A stretch of DNA of 64,000 nucleotides from positions 3,887-67,886 of the forward strand of contig CAYGYA010000049.1 of assembly GCA_964354085.1 (NCBI GenBank), written 5' to 3'. The notes below the pieces were generated by a model that saw only the letters and a list, made by a program, of their open reading frames with translations, did not search any database and had not been told where the DNA came from. Shown piece by piece: positions 9,227-19,084 of the stretch. This DNA comes from an uncultured Methanosarcinales archaeon. GTDB taxonomy: Archaea; Nanobdellota; Nanobdellia; Woesearchaeales; SM23-78. The position numbers and the translations under genes are program-made. Within the stretch, counting starts at the first letter, position 1, and the number at the start of each line of letters is the position of its first letter.

Positions 9227-10630
9227 TCATTTCTTCTTAACCCTGACACCGTCAGCAGTATCTTCAAGAACAAAGCCTTTTGAGCTAATCTCATTCCTTA
9301 ACTTATCAGCAAGCTTGAAATCTTTTTTCTTCCTTGCTTCTTCTCTTTTGTCAACCAGCTCTTGAATCACTTTTGGAACTTCAATCTCTTCTTCTTTTAG
9401 CAAGTCCAAGCCAAACACCTTGTCAAACTTCTCAATCAGCTCAAGTTTTTCCTTGCTGCCAAGCTCAGAATCCTTAATCATGTCATTAAGAAGAGCAACT
9501 GCCTGAGGCATGTTCAAATCATCATTAATCCTTTTCAAGAATTCCTCATCATAATATTTTTTCTTAGCCTTCTTGTCAAGGCTCTTATTTTCTTTCTTAA
9601 GCATTGCAATCCTGTTCTTCAAAGTCTTATAAGCATTATTTGCTCCTTCAACAGCTTCCCAGCTAAAAGTAAGAGGCATTCGGTAATGGGCGCTAAAAGT
9701 AAAATACCTGAAAGCCAAAGGATTGATTCCTTTTTCTATCAGGTCAGCTACTCTTGTAAAGCTTCCCTTTGACTTTGACATCTTGCCCTCTGGGATTACC
9801 AGCCATTCTGCATGCAGCCAGTACTTCACCCAGGGCTTCTTGCCAGTTGCTGCTTCTGACTGGGCAATCTCATTAGTGTGATGAACCTGTATGTGCTCTT
9901 TTCCTCCGCAATGAATGTCAAACTGCTCTCCTAGGTATTTCATGCTCATTGCAGAACATTCAAGATGCCAGCCAGGAAATCCCTTGCCCCAGGGAGAATC
10001 CCATAGCATTATATGATTAGGCTGATTAGTAATCCAAAGAGCAAAATCACTAGAGTTTTTTCTTTCCTCATCTTTCTTGCCTCTTGCTCCTTCTTCCAAT
10101 TGCTCAAGCTTAAGCATTGCCATCTTTGCATAATCCTTGAATTTTGCAGTATCAAAGATTAACCCAACACTAGTATTGTAGGTGTAACCGTTCTTCTCAA
10201 TCTTCTTGACCAGCTCTATCATTTCAGGAACATGCTCAGTAGCCTTGCACCACACATCAGGCTGAAGAATATTTAACCTGATAAAATCATTCTTAAACTC
10301 GTCAAAATACATGTTAGCAAGCTTAACCATCGATTCCTTGGTCAAAGGCAAGCCTTCTCTTTTCAAAGCTTTCATGAGCTTGTCCTCACCTTCATCAGCA
10401 TCAGAAGTCAAATGGCCGACATCAGTGATATTAACCACATGCTTCACCTTGAAGCCATTCAATAGAAGAACTCTCTTAAGCACGTCCTCAAAAACATAAG
10501 TTCTCAGATTGCCAATATGCTGATACCAGTAAACAGTAGGGCCACAGCAATAAACACCCGTAAATCCAGGTTTGACAGGCTTGAACTCCTCTTTCTTCCT
10601 GCCCATAGTGTTAAAGAGCTTTAAACCCAT
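9227..10630 (-). CDS. cysS: cysteinyl-tRNA synthetase
   Basis: N-terminus [18 protein letters not shown] matches the CysRS N-terminus. HIGN motif ([11 protein letters not shown]), KMSKS motif ([10 protein letters not shown]), Zn-binding Cys residues. Confidence 0.9.
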   Translation of the reverse strand: MGLKLFNTMGRKKEEFKPVKPGFTGVYCCGPTVYWYQHIGNLRTYVFEDVLKRVLLLNGFKVKHVVNITDVGHLTSDADEGEDKLMKALKREGLPLTKESMVKLANMYFDEFKNDFIRLNILQPDVWCKATEHVPEMIELVKKIEKNGYTYNTSVGLIFDTAKFKDYAKMAMLKLEQLEEGARGKKDEERKNSSDFALWITNQPNHIMLWDSPWGKGFPGWHLECSAMSMKYLGEQFDIHCGGKEHIQVHHTNEIAQSEAATGKKPWVKYWLHAEWLVIPEGKMSKSKGSFTRVADLIEKGINPLAFRYFTFSAHYRMPLTFSWEAVEGANNAYKTLKNRIAMLKKENKSLDKKAKKKYYDEEFLKRINDDLNMPQAVALLNDMIKDSELGSKEKLELIEKFDKVFGLDLLKEEEIEVPKVIQELVDKREEARKKKDFKLADKLRNEISSKGFVLEDTADGVRVKKK

Positions 10631-10711
10631 AATACAGACTAATAATATATAGGCTTTTTTAAAGGTTGTCATAAAGAAACATTAATAAACCCTCTTATCA
10701 AGATTAGGCTT

Positions 10712-11347
10712 ATGAGCAATTATCAAAGCAATGTTATTGAAGTGAACATCCAGTATGATGCTAACAAGGCTCCTGATTACAAGGCAATCCAAGAGAAGAT
10801 TGATGAGCACTTGAAAAAGCACTTTAAAGGGCAGAAAATTGTTGTTCATCCTATTAGTGGAGAAGAGCATCCTGATAGGAACATTGAGGATGTTCTGAAG
10901 CATCTTCTTGAGCATGGGACTGAAAAAGTTGAAGAAAATATCAAAGAGCAGCCAGGTAAAGAGAACGCATATGATTTCTTGGGCAATTATCACGAGATTC
11001 ATGATAAGTCTGACATAATGAGCGCATATGCCAAGGATAATAAGATGAATGTCGACCTTATTGCTGTTTACGACTCTGAACATGTTGAGAAAATACCTTA
11101 TTCTGACAAATCTAAAGGAATCGGCGATGCTTATAAGTTCAAGCACCCTGACAAGAAGTCATCAGCGCTCAAGGCAGTGCTCAAAATAGTGCCTGAAAAA
11201 AAAGCTGATGAAAAAGAATCAGGAGCAGAGCAAAAGACAGCAATGAAGCCAAAAGAAGGAGCAAACCCAGAGCAAGGAGAACCAACACAAGAAGAGCTTG
11301 AGCAGCTTGCAGCAGAACTTGGCTTAGATTATCAGGGAGCTAACTAA
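10712..11347 (+). CDS. hypothetical acidic protein
   Basis: 211-aa lysine/glutamate-rich ORF. No motif recognised. Confidence 0.4.
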   Translation: MSNYQSNVIEVNIQYDANKAPDYKAIQEKIDEHLKKHFKGQKIVVHPISGEEHPDRNIEDVLKHLLEHGTEKVEENIKEQPGKENAYDFLGNYHEIHDKSDIMSAYAKDNKMNVDLIAVYDSEHVEKIPYSDKSKGIGDAYKFKHPDKKSSALKAVLKIVPEKKADEKESGAEQKTAMKPKEGANPEQGEPTQEELEQLAAELGLDYQGAN

Positions 11348-11409
11348 ACAAAATATTTTTCTTAGGTTTTAAGAATAATTATTTAAACTTATATAACAAG
11401 AATACATGA

Positions 11410-12600
11410 ATGCTCTTCAAAAAGGATGAACTGAGATTGCTGTGGCCTTTTTATCTTTATTACCTGGTTTTTGGCTTGTCAATCATGATTATGCCTTTCT
11501 TGATTATATATTTCAGGGATTTGGGCTTTTCTTTTTTTCAGATTGCATTAATCACTTCTGCCTTTGGAATTGCCATGTTCTTGTTTGAGACTCCTACAGG
11601 AGCTTTTGCCGACAGCATCAGCAGGAAATACTCAGTTATCCTTGGTTTTGTACTAACAGGCATAGCTGTTTCCTTAATGCCCTTATTCACAAGTTTCTAT
11701 ACGCTGCTTATTCTCTGGGCAGTAGCTGGCATTGGCATGACTTTTGTAAGCGGAGCAGAAGAAGCATGGGTCATTGACAACCTTAACCATTATGAAAGAA
11801 AAGATTTGCACCACGAGTATTTCATTAAAAGCTCAAGTTTAACGGCTTTTGGCGCAGTATTTGCTCCGATTCTAGGAGCTATTATTGTTAAGAGCCACCC
11901 GATTAGTACCTTATGGTATGTTTTCGGATTTGGCTTCTTAGTGAATGCAATCGTCCTTTCTATCTTTGCAAAAGAATTGTACAGGCCGGAAAAAACTGGC
12001 TTTATCAAAACAATGAAGCAGACCTTTGACAACAGCAAGCAAGGTTTAAAATTCACTTTTACTCATAAGATTGTTTTTCTCCTCACTCTCGGAAGTATTT
12101 TTTCATTCCTGATGATTATAGGAGACACCGGGTGGCAACCTTTCCTTGTCAGCCTCTCAATGCCAAGATACGCTTTAGGAATTATGTGGTCTATTGGAGC
12201 AGCTATTATGATGATTACTCCTTTCCTATCAAAGCTATTTGTAAAGATGAAAGTCAAGAATGTTGTTGCTGTTACAACCTTAATCAGGATGCTGCTTCTC
12301 TTATCAGTATTATTCATTTACCCGCCTTTTTATTTAATCGCGGCAATCGTCTATGTTTTTGACGATGGACTAAGAGGTTTAAAGGATCCTTTGCTCCAAA
12401 CCTATTTTCATAAGTTTGTTCCTGAGAATATCAGGGCAACAGTTGTTTCTGTCGGCAGCATGCTAACAAGAATCACCATTGCTTTGGCAAGCTTGGCTGC
12501 TGGGGCTCTAATGGATGTTCTAGGACCACAAAAAATTATCGGGATAGGAAGCTTGTTTGGGATATTCGCCATCGCAACATACCTGAAAATAAAAGATTAG
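11410..12600 (+). CDS. MFS-type transporter
   Basis: About 12 predicted hydrophobic segments in 6+6 layout. An MFS-like loop (GAFADSISRKYSV) follows TM2. Confidence 0.65.
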   Translation: MLFKKDELRLLWPFYLYYLVFGLSIMIMPFLIIYFRDLGFSFFQIALITSAFGIAMFLFETPTGAFADSISRKYSVILGFVLTGIAVSLMPLFTSFYTLLILWAVAGIGMTFVSGAEEAWVIDNLNHYERKDLHHEYFIKSSSLTAFGAVFAPILGAIIVKSHPISTLWYVFGFGFLVNAIVLSIFAKELYRPEKTGFIKTMKQTFDNSKQGLKFTFTHKIVFLLTLGSIFSFLMIIGDTGWQPFLVSLSMPRYALGIMWSIGAAIMMITPFLSKLFVKMKVKNVVAVTTLIRMLLLLSVLFIYPPFYLIAAIVYVFDDGLRGLKDPLLQTYFHKFVPENIRATVVSVGSMLTRITIALASLAAGALMDVLGPQKIIGIGSLFGIFAIATYLKIKD

Positions 12601-13009
12601 CAAAAAAATTTCTGACAAGAAAATGCAAAACTTTTCTAACAACAACTAAAACCTTTAATCAGTTTTGCAAGAAAAATTTTCAATAATGATTTCTCGTATA
12701 TCTTTTCAATAGTGCAAATAACTTTTCAGAAAAGTTTTATAAAAAAAATATTTTTTCGAAAAATTTCAAAATGAAAATATTTAAATATAGGGCTTCACAT
12801 AATAATTATATAAAAAATATAATAGTCGAGAAAAAAAAAATCAAAAAAACTGCTGGAAATCTGGGTGATCGTGTAGACAACTACTACAACGGCAAACATG
12901 AACAATACTTCTAATATTTCTGATGAAAATGATGAAGAGCCTGGCGGCAAACTAGGAGCTTTTACGAGATTTTTCTATTCACAAGCACGAAGGAGGTTTG
13001 ATTTGTAAA

Positions 13010-15106
13010 ATGAACTTAAAAGAATTCTCTGAGAAATTCCCTGATGTCATAGATGAAGTAAAAAAAGTTAGGAAAACTTATCCTATGAAAATTTCTGAAT
13101 ACTATTTAGGGCTTATGAAGGAGAAGAATGACCCTATCTGGAAGCAGTGCATTCCTGACTTGAAAGAGCTTGAAGATAATGTTAATGAGGAAGACCCGTT
13201 ATTAGAGGAAGAGTACAGTCCTGTTCCTTGCCTTGTTCACAGGTATCCTGACAGAGTCCTATTATTGGCTAGCAACAAGTGCGCCATGTACTGCAGGTTC
13301 TGCACAAGAAAGAGAAAGGTTGGCAAGGAAGTAGTGATAAGCAAGGACATGATTGCTAATGCTATTGATTACATTTCAAAGCACAATGAAGTCAGGGATG
13401 TAATAATCTCAGGGGGAGACCCTTTAATGCTTGATGATGATTTCCTGGAATGGATTGTCAAGAGCATCAGGGAGATTCCTCATGTTGAGATTATCAGGAT
13501 TGGAACCAGGGTTCCCTGCACCATGCCAGCAAGGATTACTCCAGAGCTGGTTGATATGCTCAAGAAGTATCATCCTGTTTTTGTTAATGTTCATTTCGAG
13601 CACCCGATGGAGATTACTCCTGAAAGCAAGAAGGCTTGTGAGTTGTTGGTAGATGCAGGCATTCCAGTGGCAAACCAGGCAGTAATGCTCAAAGGAATTA
13701 ATGATGACCCAAAAGTTTTGAGGGAATTATTCCACAAACTCATAGCAATGAGAGTTAAGCCTTATTACTTGTACCAGGCAGACTGCGTCAAGGGAACAGA
13801 GCACTTCAGGACCAGCATTGAACAGGGGCTTGAAGTCATGAAGAGCCTTTATGGTTTTACTTCTGGCATGTGCGTTCCGCAGTTCATGGTTGATGTTCCT
13901 GGAGGAGGAAAGATTCCTCTGCTGCCAGAATACCTGAAGTACAGGAATGATGAAAGCATTGTGCTTGAGAATTTTGAAGGAAAGATTGTTGAGTACAAGA
14001 ACCCATTGACTGTTGAGGAAAAAAAGAAAGCAGCCAATGGAAAGATGAGGATTGCAGTTGCTTTCAACCTCAAGAAAGAAGCTCCTAATGATCAGCCGGT
14101 TGATGCTTTTGCAGATTTCGACGAGATAGATGTGCCATTAGCCATCAAGAAAGCCCTGGAAAAGAAAGGGCATATTGCAGAAATAGTTGAGGCTAATGAG
14201 GAGTTCTTTGAAAAGATAAAGAATGGCAATTATGATTTTGTGTTTAACATGGCAGAAGGATTGAACACAGGAGCAAGAGAGAGCCAGATACCAGCTATTC
14301 TTGACATGCTAGGAATTCCTTACACAGGCTCTGGAATCCTGACCCAGGCAATCACTCTTGACAAGACCAAAACCAAAGAAATATTGACCTATCACGGAGT
14401 TCCTACTCCAAGATACCAGCTTTTCAATCACTGGGATGAGAAGATAAGTTCTGACCTGGTGTTCCCATTGTTTGTCAAGCCAAATGCAGAAGGCTCTTCA
14501 AAGGGAATAAGGAATAATTCTCTTGTTAATAATGAGAAAGAGCTTAAGAAGATGGTGAAGTATGTCATCTCAACCTACAAGCAGCCCGCACTGGCTGAAG
14601 AATACCTTGATGGAAGAGAATTCACAGTTGGAGTGATTGGAAACAGCCCTCCAAGAGTGCTTCCTATTGTTGAGATAACTTTCGACTACCTGCCTGCTGG
14701 GATTAACAAATTTGATTCTTATGAGGTCAAGTGGTATTGGGACAACCCAAACAACCCTGTTGACCCTATTGTGTGCCCTGCAAAAGTTGATGATGAACTC
14801 AAGCAAAGGATTGAGGAAGTAGCCTTGAGAACTTACAAGGTGCTCGGCATTCTTGACTTGTGTAGGATGGACATGAGGCTGGACAAGGAAGGGATACCGC
14901 ACGTCATTGATGTTAATGCCTTGCCAGGCATGATGCCTAACCCAATTGATAACTCAAGATTCCCAAAAGCCTGCTATGCTGCAGGCATGAACTATGACAA
15001 GATAGTCAATACTGTGCTAAACGAGGCTATGAAGAGGTATGGCTTGCTGACAGAGACTAAGAGAGTGAAAAATGAGAGTAGGAATTCTGTACAACTTAGT
15101 CGATAA
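13010..15106 (+). CDS. fusion protein: KamA-family radical-SAM 2,3-aminomutase (N-terminal ~340 aa) + D-Ala-D-Ala-ligase-like ATP-grasp ligase (C-terminal ~350 aa)
   Basis: N-terminal half carries the KamA signature CAMYCRFCTRKR (CxxxCxxC) and the PLP-region IISGGDPL. The C-terminal half restarts with a Ddl-like N-domain (MRIAVAFNLKKE...) and an ATP-grasp core (FPLFVKPNAEGSSKGI, EEYLDGREFTVGVIGN, LCRMDMRLDKEGIPHVIDVNALPG). AGGAGG lies 14 nt upstream of the ATG. Confidence 0.8.
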   Translation: MNLKEFSEKFPDVIDEVKKVRKTYPMKISEYYLGLMKEKNDPIWKQCIPDLKELEDNVNEEDPLLEEEYSPVPCLVHRYPDRVLLLASNKCAMYCRFCTRKRKVGKEVVISKDMIANAIDYISKHNEVRDVIISGGDPLMLDDDFLEWIVKSIREIPHVEIIRIGTRVPCTMPARITPELVDMLKKYHPVFVNVHFEHPMEITPESKKACELLVDAGIPVANQAVMLKGINDDPKVLRELFHKLIAMRVKPYYLYQADCVKGTEHFRTSIEQGLEVMKSLYGFTSGMCVPQFMVDVPGGGKIPLLPEYLKYRNDESIVLENFEGKIVEYKNPLTVEEKKKAANGKMRIAVAFNLKKEAPNDQPVDAFADFDEIDVPLAIKKALEKKGHIAEIVEANEEFFEKIKNGNYDFVFNMAEGLNTGARESQIPAILDMLGIPYTGSGILTQAITLDKTKTKEILTYHGVPTPRYQLFNHWDEKISSDLVFPLFVKPNAEGSSKGIRNNSLVNNEKELKKMVKYVISTYKQPALAEEYLDGREFTVGVIGNSPPRVLPIVEITFDYLPAGINKFDSYEVKWYWDNPNNPVDPIVCPAKVDDELKQRIEEVALRTYKVLGILDLCRMDMRLDKEGIPHVIDVNALPGMMPNPIDNSRFPKACYAAGMNYDKIVNTVLNEAMKRYGLLTETKRVKNESRNSVQLSR

Positions 15107-16067
15107 AGTTGATCACGGCAAGGACCTTGACAAACTGGCAGACAACGAAGTTCTAGAAACATCTAAAGCTGTCAAAGCTGCTCTTGAAAAGAGAAGTCAT
15201 GCTGCTGTCCTTGAAAAGATTAACCCTGATGAATTGGAAAAATTAAAGCAAAAGTATGACCTGATTTTTAATCTTGCAGAAGGGATTGGAGGCGACCCAT
15301 TAAAGGAGCCTGAGATTGCTGCTGTTTTTGAAAAAGCAGGCTTGCCTTTCACAGGAGCAGGCTCAAAAGCACTTGCACTATGCCTTAACAAGGAAAAAGC
15401 CAAGGAAGTACTGATAAAAAATAATATACCAACGCCAAAATACCAGCTTATCAAGAAGCTGCCTGCAAAAAAAAATAAGGATTTGAAATACCCCTTGATT
15501 ATAAAGCCAGTGCATGAAGACGGAAGTATTGGCATAAACTCTGATTCTGTTGTTAATGATGATCCAAGCTTTGAAAAGAAAGTCAATGAGATACTTGAGG
15601 TTTACAAGCAGCCAGCCCTGGTTGAAGAATATATTGATGGGCGAGAAATTAACGTGGGGATTCTTGGCAATGGTAAGGGCATAGAAGCTCTTCCTCTCTC
15701 AGAGATAATATTTGATTTTCCAGAAGGAGTTCCTAAAATTGTTTCTTTTGAAGCCAAATGGATTGAAGAGTCAGCTCTGTGCAAGAAAAGCATAGGAAAA
15801 TGCCCTACAAATGTTCCAGAGCAAATAAGGAATAATATAGTTGAGCTTGCAAAAAAAGCATTCCTGGCAATGGGATGTGCAGACTATGGGCGAGTTGATT
15901 TCAGGCTCAGGGGAGAAGAATTGTTTGTCCTCGAAGTCAATCCAAATCCTTGCATCAACCCCGACGGAGCAGGGTTTATACGCTCTGCAAATGCAGCAGG
16001 CTACACCTATGATGACATCATCAACAAGATTGTTGAGCTTGCACTGAAGCGTTATTCTAATTCTTAG
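15072..16067 (+). CDS. D-Ala-D-Ala-ligase-like ATP-grasp ligase, paralog 2
   Basis: MRVGILYNL start, YPLIIKPVHEDGSIGI, EEYIDGREINVGILGN, GRVDFRLRGEELFVLEVNPNPC. Overlaps the upstream fusion gene by 35 nt. Confidence 0.75.
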   Translation: MRVGILYNLVDKVDHGKDLDKLADNEVLETSKAVKAALEKRSHAAVLEKINPDELEKLKQKYDLIFNLAEGIGGDPLKEPEIAAVFEKAGLPFTGAGSKALALCLNKEKAKEVLIKNNIPTPKYQLIKKLPAKKNKDLKYPLIIKPVHEDGSIGINSDSVVNDDPSFEKKVNEILEVYKQPALVEEYIDGREINVGILGNGKGIEALPLSEIIFDFPEGVPKIVSFEAKWIEESALCKKSIGKCPTNVPEQIRNNIVELAKKAFLAMGCADYGRVDFRLRGEELFVLEVNPNPCINPDGAGFIRSANAAGYTYDDIINKIVELALKRYSNS

Positions 16068-16229
16068 AAAAAATTTAGAATAAAATTCTGAATAATAAAA
16101 ATAATTTGAAAACATTTTTAAAGCTCTAAAATAAATTATTATATGTAAAAAAATATTACGACGAGAAAAATATTTGATAAAAAAATTATAAAAAACAAAA
16201 AACGGATAATTTTTTGGGGAAAATTCATT

Positions 16230-17255
16230 ATGAAAGTAGTTATTGTTTATTCAGACGGGGAAGTTGCATCGCATACATCTGCTGATTACAAGGGAAGAAC
16301 TGATGACGCTAACATACAGAACGTGAACGACGCTCTGATTAGCCTAGGCCACGAAGTAATCAGGGTGGTTGCTGACGAGACAATATTCCAGAAATTACTT
16401 GAGCTAAAGGACAGCACAGACATAGTCTTTAACCTTGCAGAGGAAGGATATAAGCAGGACATCCACACAGAGCCTCACATGGCTGCGCTGCTGGAGATGC
16501 TGGGCTTCAAGTTCACAGGCTCAAATTATTTATGCCTTGCAAACTGCCTTGACAAGGCAAGGGCAAAACAATTGTTTGTGGTGAATGGATTATCAACACC
16601 CAAGTTCATTATCTTCAACAAGGAAATAAATGCGGATGTAAAAATAAATGGATTAACCTTCCCGTTGATAGTCAAGCCTGGAAAGAGCGACGGCAGCGTA
16701 GGCATAAGGCGTAATTCTGTTGTTGAAGATGTAGAAAGCCTGGTATTAAGAGTGAATGAGGTTATCCAGACCTATGAACAACCAGCACTTGTGGAAGAAT
16801 TCATTGACGGCAGGGAGATAAATGTGGGAATATTCGGAAACAAAAGGCTCACAGTGCTTCCGATGTCTGAAATAATATTCAATCTTAAACCTGAAGAAAG
16901 AAATTTCCTGCCTTACGAGGCTAAATGGCTTACCAGGACCAAGTATTACAAAGGCACAACTCCGCAATGCCCAGCAGAAATAGAGCCTGGCCTGAAAGCA
17001 GAGATTGAAGAGCTTGCAAGAAAAGCTTACACTCTCATGGGAGTGAGAGGCTATGGAAGAGTTGATTTCAGGATTGACGCTAACAATAAGCCTTACATCC
17101 TAGAAGTAAATCCTAATCCTGATATATCTAGTGACGCAGGGCTTTCAAGGATGATAGCTGCCCACGGGATTACATATAAAGAACTAATAGAGAAGATTGT
17201 CAGGATGGGCATCAACAAGGACGAGCAGGAGTTCAGGATAATTATCTATGAATAA
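16230..17255 (+). CDS. D-Ala-D-Ala-ligase-like ATP-grasp ligase, paralog 3
   Basis: FPLIVKPGKSDGSVGI, EEFIDGREINVGIFGN, GRVDFRIDANNKPYILEVNPNPD. Clearly paralogous to the two upstream ATP-grasp units. Confidence 0.75.
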   Translation: MKVVIVYSDGEVASHTSADYKGRTDDANIQNVNDALISLGHEVIRVVADETIFQKLLELKDSTDIVFNLAEEGYKQDIHTEPHMAALLEMLGFKFTGSNYLCLANCLDKARAKQLFVVNGLSTPKFIIFNKEINADVKINGLTFPLIVKPGKSDGSVGIRRNSVVEDVESLVLRVNEVIQTYEQPALVEEFIDGREINVGIFGNKRLTVLPMSEIIFNLKPEERNFLPYEAKWLTRTKYYKGTTPQCPAEIEPGLKAEIEELARKAYTLMGVRGYGRVDFRIDANNKPYILEVNPNPDISSDAGLSRMIAAHGITYKELIEKIVRMGINKDEQEFRIIIYE

Positions 17256-17305
17256 AATGCTTATTTTCTAATTCACAAATCTTTATATATTACTTGTTGC
17301 TCTAA

Positions 17306-18937
17306 TTGGTAATGCCTGTTAGAAAGAATCATTCCAACAAAAAATTTATTGTTGTCACAGGCGGTGTTCTCTCTGGCTTGGGAAAAGGAGTTGCTGCAGC
17401 TACAATTGGAAACCTGATAACAAAGGCAGGATTAAGAGTTATTCCTATTAAGTGCGACGGCTATCTTAATGTTGACCCCGGCACTATGAATCCTATTGAG
17501 CATGGCGAAGTATTTGTTCTTGATGATGGCGGAGAAGTTGACATGGACTTTGGCCATTATGAAAGATTTCTTGGCGTTACCTGCAAATTCAACTGGAATC
17601 TTACCATGGGCAAGGTTTATGAAGCAATAAGAACTAAGGAGAGGCGCGGTGATTATCTTGGAAAAACAGTCCAGCTCATACCCCATGTTACTGATTTGAT
17701 TAAGGATTGGTTCTACAAGGTTGCTGAGGATGAAAAAGCAGATGTTGTGATGATAGAAGTAGGAGGAACTGTCGGCGATATTGAGAATGAATTATATATT
17801 GAGGCTTGCAGAGAATTAAAAAGAGAAGTTGGCCATGAGAATATTCTTTATGTTCACCTGACTTATGTTCCTATTCCTACTAATGTGCATGAGCAAAAGA
17901 GCAAGCCAACTCAGCAATCAGTAATCCTGCTAAGAGAAAGAGGGATTGAGCCTGACATAATAATAGGCAGGTGCGCAGAATACCTTGATGAGAAGATAAA
18001 GAACAAGATAAGTGTTTTCTGCGATATAGAGCAAAAAGCAGTAATCACAGGCCTGGATGTTGACTGCGTCTACAAGATACCAGTTGTTTTCTCAGATGAA
18101 GGGATTAATTACATAATAAAGGAAAGATTGGGAATTGATTCTGGAGTCAAGCCCGAATGGAAGAAATTAGTTGATAACTTGTCAAAGCTTGACAAAGAAT
18201 TGAATATTGCAATATGTGGCAAGTATACTAAGCTCGAGGACTCATATGCTAGCATTCTCGAAGCCTTGAAGCACTGCAGCGCAAATCTGAAAGCAAAGAT
18301 TAATGTGAAAATGATAGAGACAACTGACGTGAACAATCAGGAAGATGCAAAAAAATTACTCAAGGGTATTGACGGAGTAATTGTTCCTGGAGGCTTTGGA
18401 AGCAGAGGAGTAGAAGGCAAGATAGAAGTGATACGTTATTGCAGAGAGAAAAACATTCCATTCCTAGGGCTTTGCTATGGACTCCAGCTTGCAACAGTTG
18501 AGTTTGCTCGTAATGTTTGCGGATTAAAAGATGCAAACACAACTGAAGTTGATGAGAAAACCAAATATCCTGTGATTGACATAATGCCTGAGCAGAAGAA
18601 CATAGAGAACAAGGGCGGGACAATGAGACTTGGAGCTTATCCTGCTGTCATGAAAGAAAAAACAATTATCTGGGAGCTCTATGGCAAGCAAAAAGAAGTT
18701 AGTGAAAGGCACAGGCACAGGTATGAAGTAAATCCTGAATACCACGAGATACTGCAAAAGCATGGATTAATATTCTCAGGCATGAGCCCTGACAAAAGAT
18801 TAGTTGAATTCATTGAATTGCCAAAGGAAAAGCACAAATACTTTGTAGGAACACAAGCACATCCAGAGCTAAAGAGCAAATTAGAAAAGCCAGGGCCACT
18901 ATTCTATGGACTGGTTAAGGCTTGCTTGGAGAAATAG
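17306..18937 (+). CDS. pyrG: CTP synthase
   Basis: FIVVTGGVLSGLGKG P-loop, synthetase-domain motifs, and a C-terminal glutamine amidotransferase with LGLCYGLQL (catalytic Cys) and HRHRYEVN. Confidence 0.9.
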   Translation: MVMPVRKNHSNKKFIVVTGGVLSGLGKGVAAATIGNLITKAGLRVIPIKCDGYLNVDPGTMNPIEHGEVFVLDDGGEVDMDFGHYERFLGVTCKFNWNLTMGKVYEAIRTKERRGDYLGKTVQLIPHVTDLIKDWFYKVAEDEKADVVMIEVGGTVGDIENELYIEACRELKREVGHENILYVHLTYVPIPTNVHEQKSKPTQQSVILLRERGIEPDIIIGRCAEYLDEKIKNKISVFCDIEQKAVITGLDVDCVYKIPVVFSDEGINYIIKERLGIDSGVKPEWKKLVDNLSKLDKELNIAICGKYTKLEDSYASILEALKHCSANLKAKINVKMIETTDVNNQEDAKKLLKGIDGVIVPGGFGSRGVEGKIEVIRYCREKNIPFLGLCYGLQLATVEFARNVCGLKDANTTEVDEKTKYPVIDIMPEQKNIENKGGTMRLGAYPAVMKEKTIIWELYGKQKEVSERHRHRYEVNPEYHEILQKHGLIFSGMSPDKRLVEFIELPKEKHKYFVGTQAHPELKSKLEKPGPLFYGLVKACLEK

Positions 18938-19084
18938 AGTTTTCTTGAAATTACATCCTTCTAGTCCAATTGTTCTTATTTGCTAATCAAAAACCCACTC
19001 GTAATTAAACATAACCGGTAAAGCATTTAAATATGATAAAGTATTTAAATTTTGCTTTAAAGGATAGTCTTGAGGAGGGTGTGA

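Noticed and set aside
12601-12997. Possible lysine riboswitch or structured leader upstream of the KamA fusion
   Set aside because: The region is extremely AT-rich with homopolymer runs. I could not identify conserved L-box-like helices by eye, and lysine riboswitches are not established in archaea.
13010-14050. KamA homolog as an EpmB-type EF-P beta-lysylation enzyme
   Set aside because: The host is archaeal, and the window encodes deoxyhypusine synthase and aIF5A, i.e. the hypusine system. No EpmA (truncated LysRS) is present, and the enzyme is fused to a Ddl-like ligase instead.
15072-17255. Ddl paralogs as a peptidoglycan or pseudomurein pathway
   Set aside because: No Mur ligase, MraY/MurG or pseudomurein-type genes are nearby, and the three ligases are embedded with an aminomutase. 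A small-molecule or peptide ligase role is more likely.
18109-18879. Cluster of minus-strand ORFs (60-90 aa) inside pyrG
   Set aside because: They are antisense to a strongly supported CTP synthase and have low-complexity Leu/Ser/Cys-rich translations. They are typical shadow ORFs.
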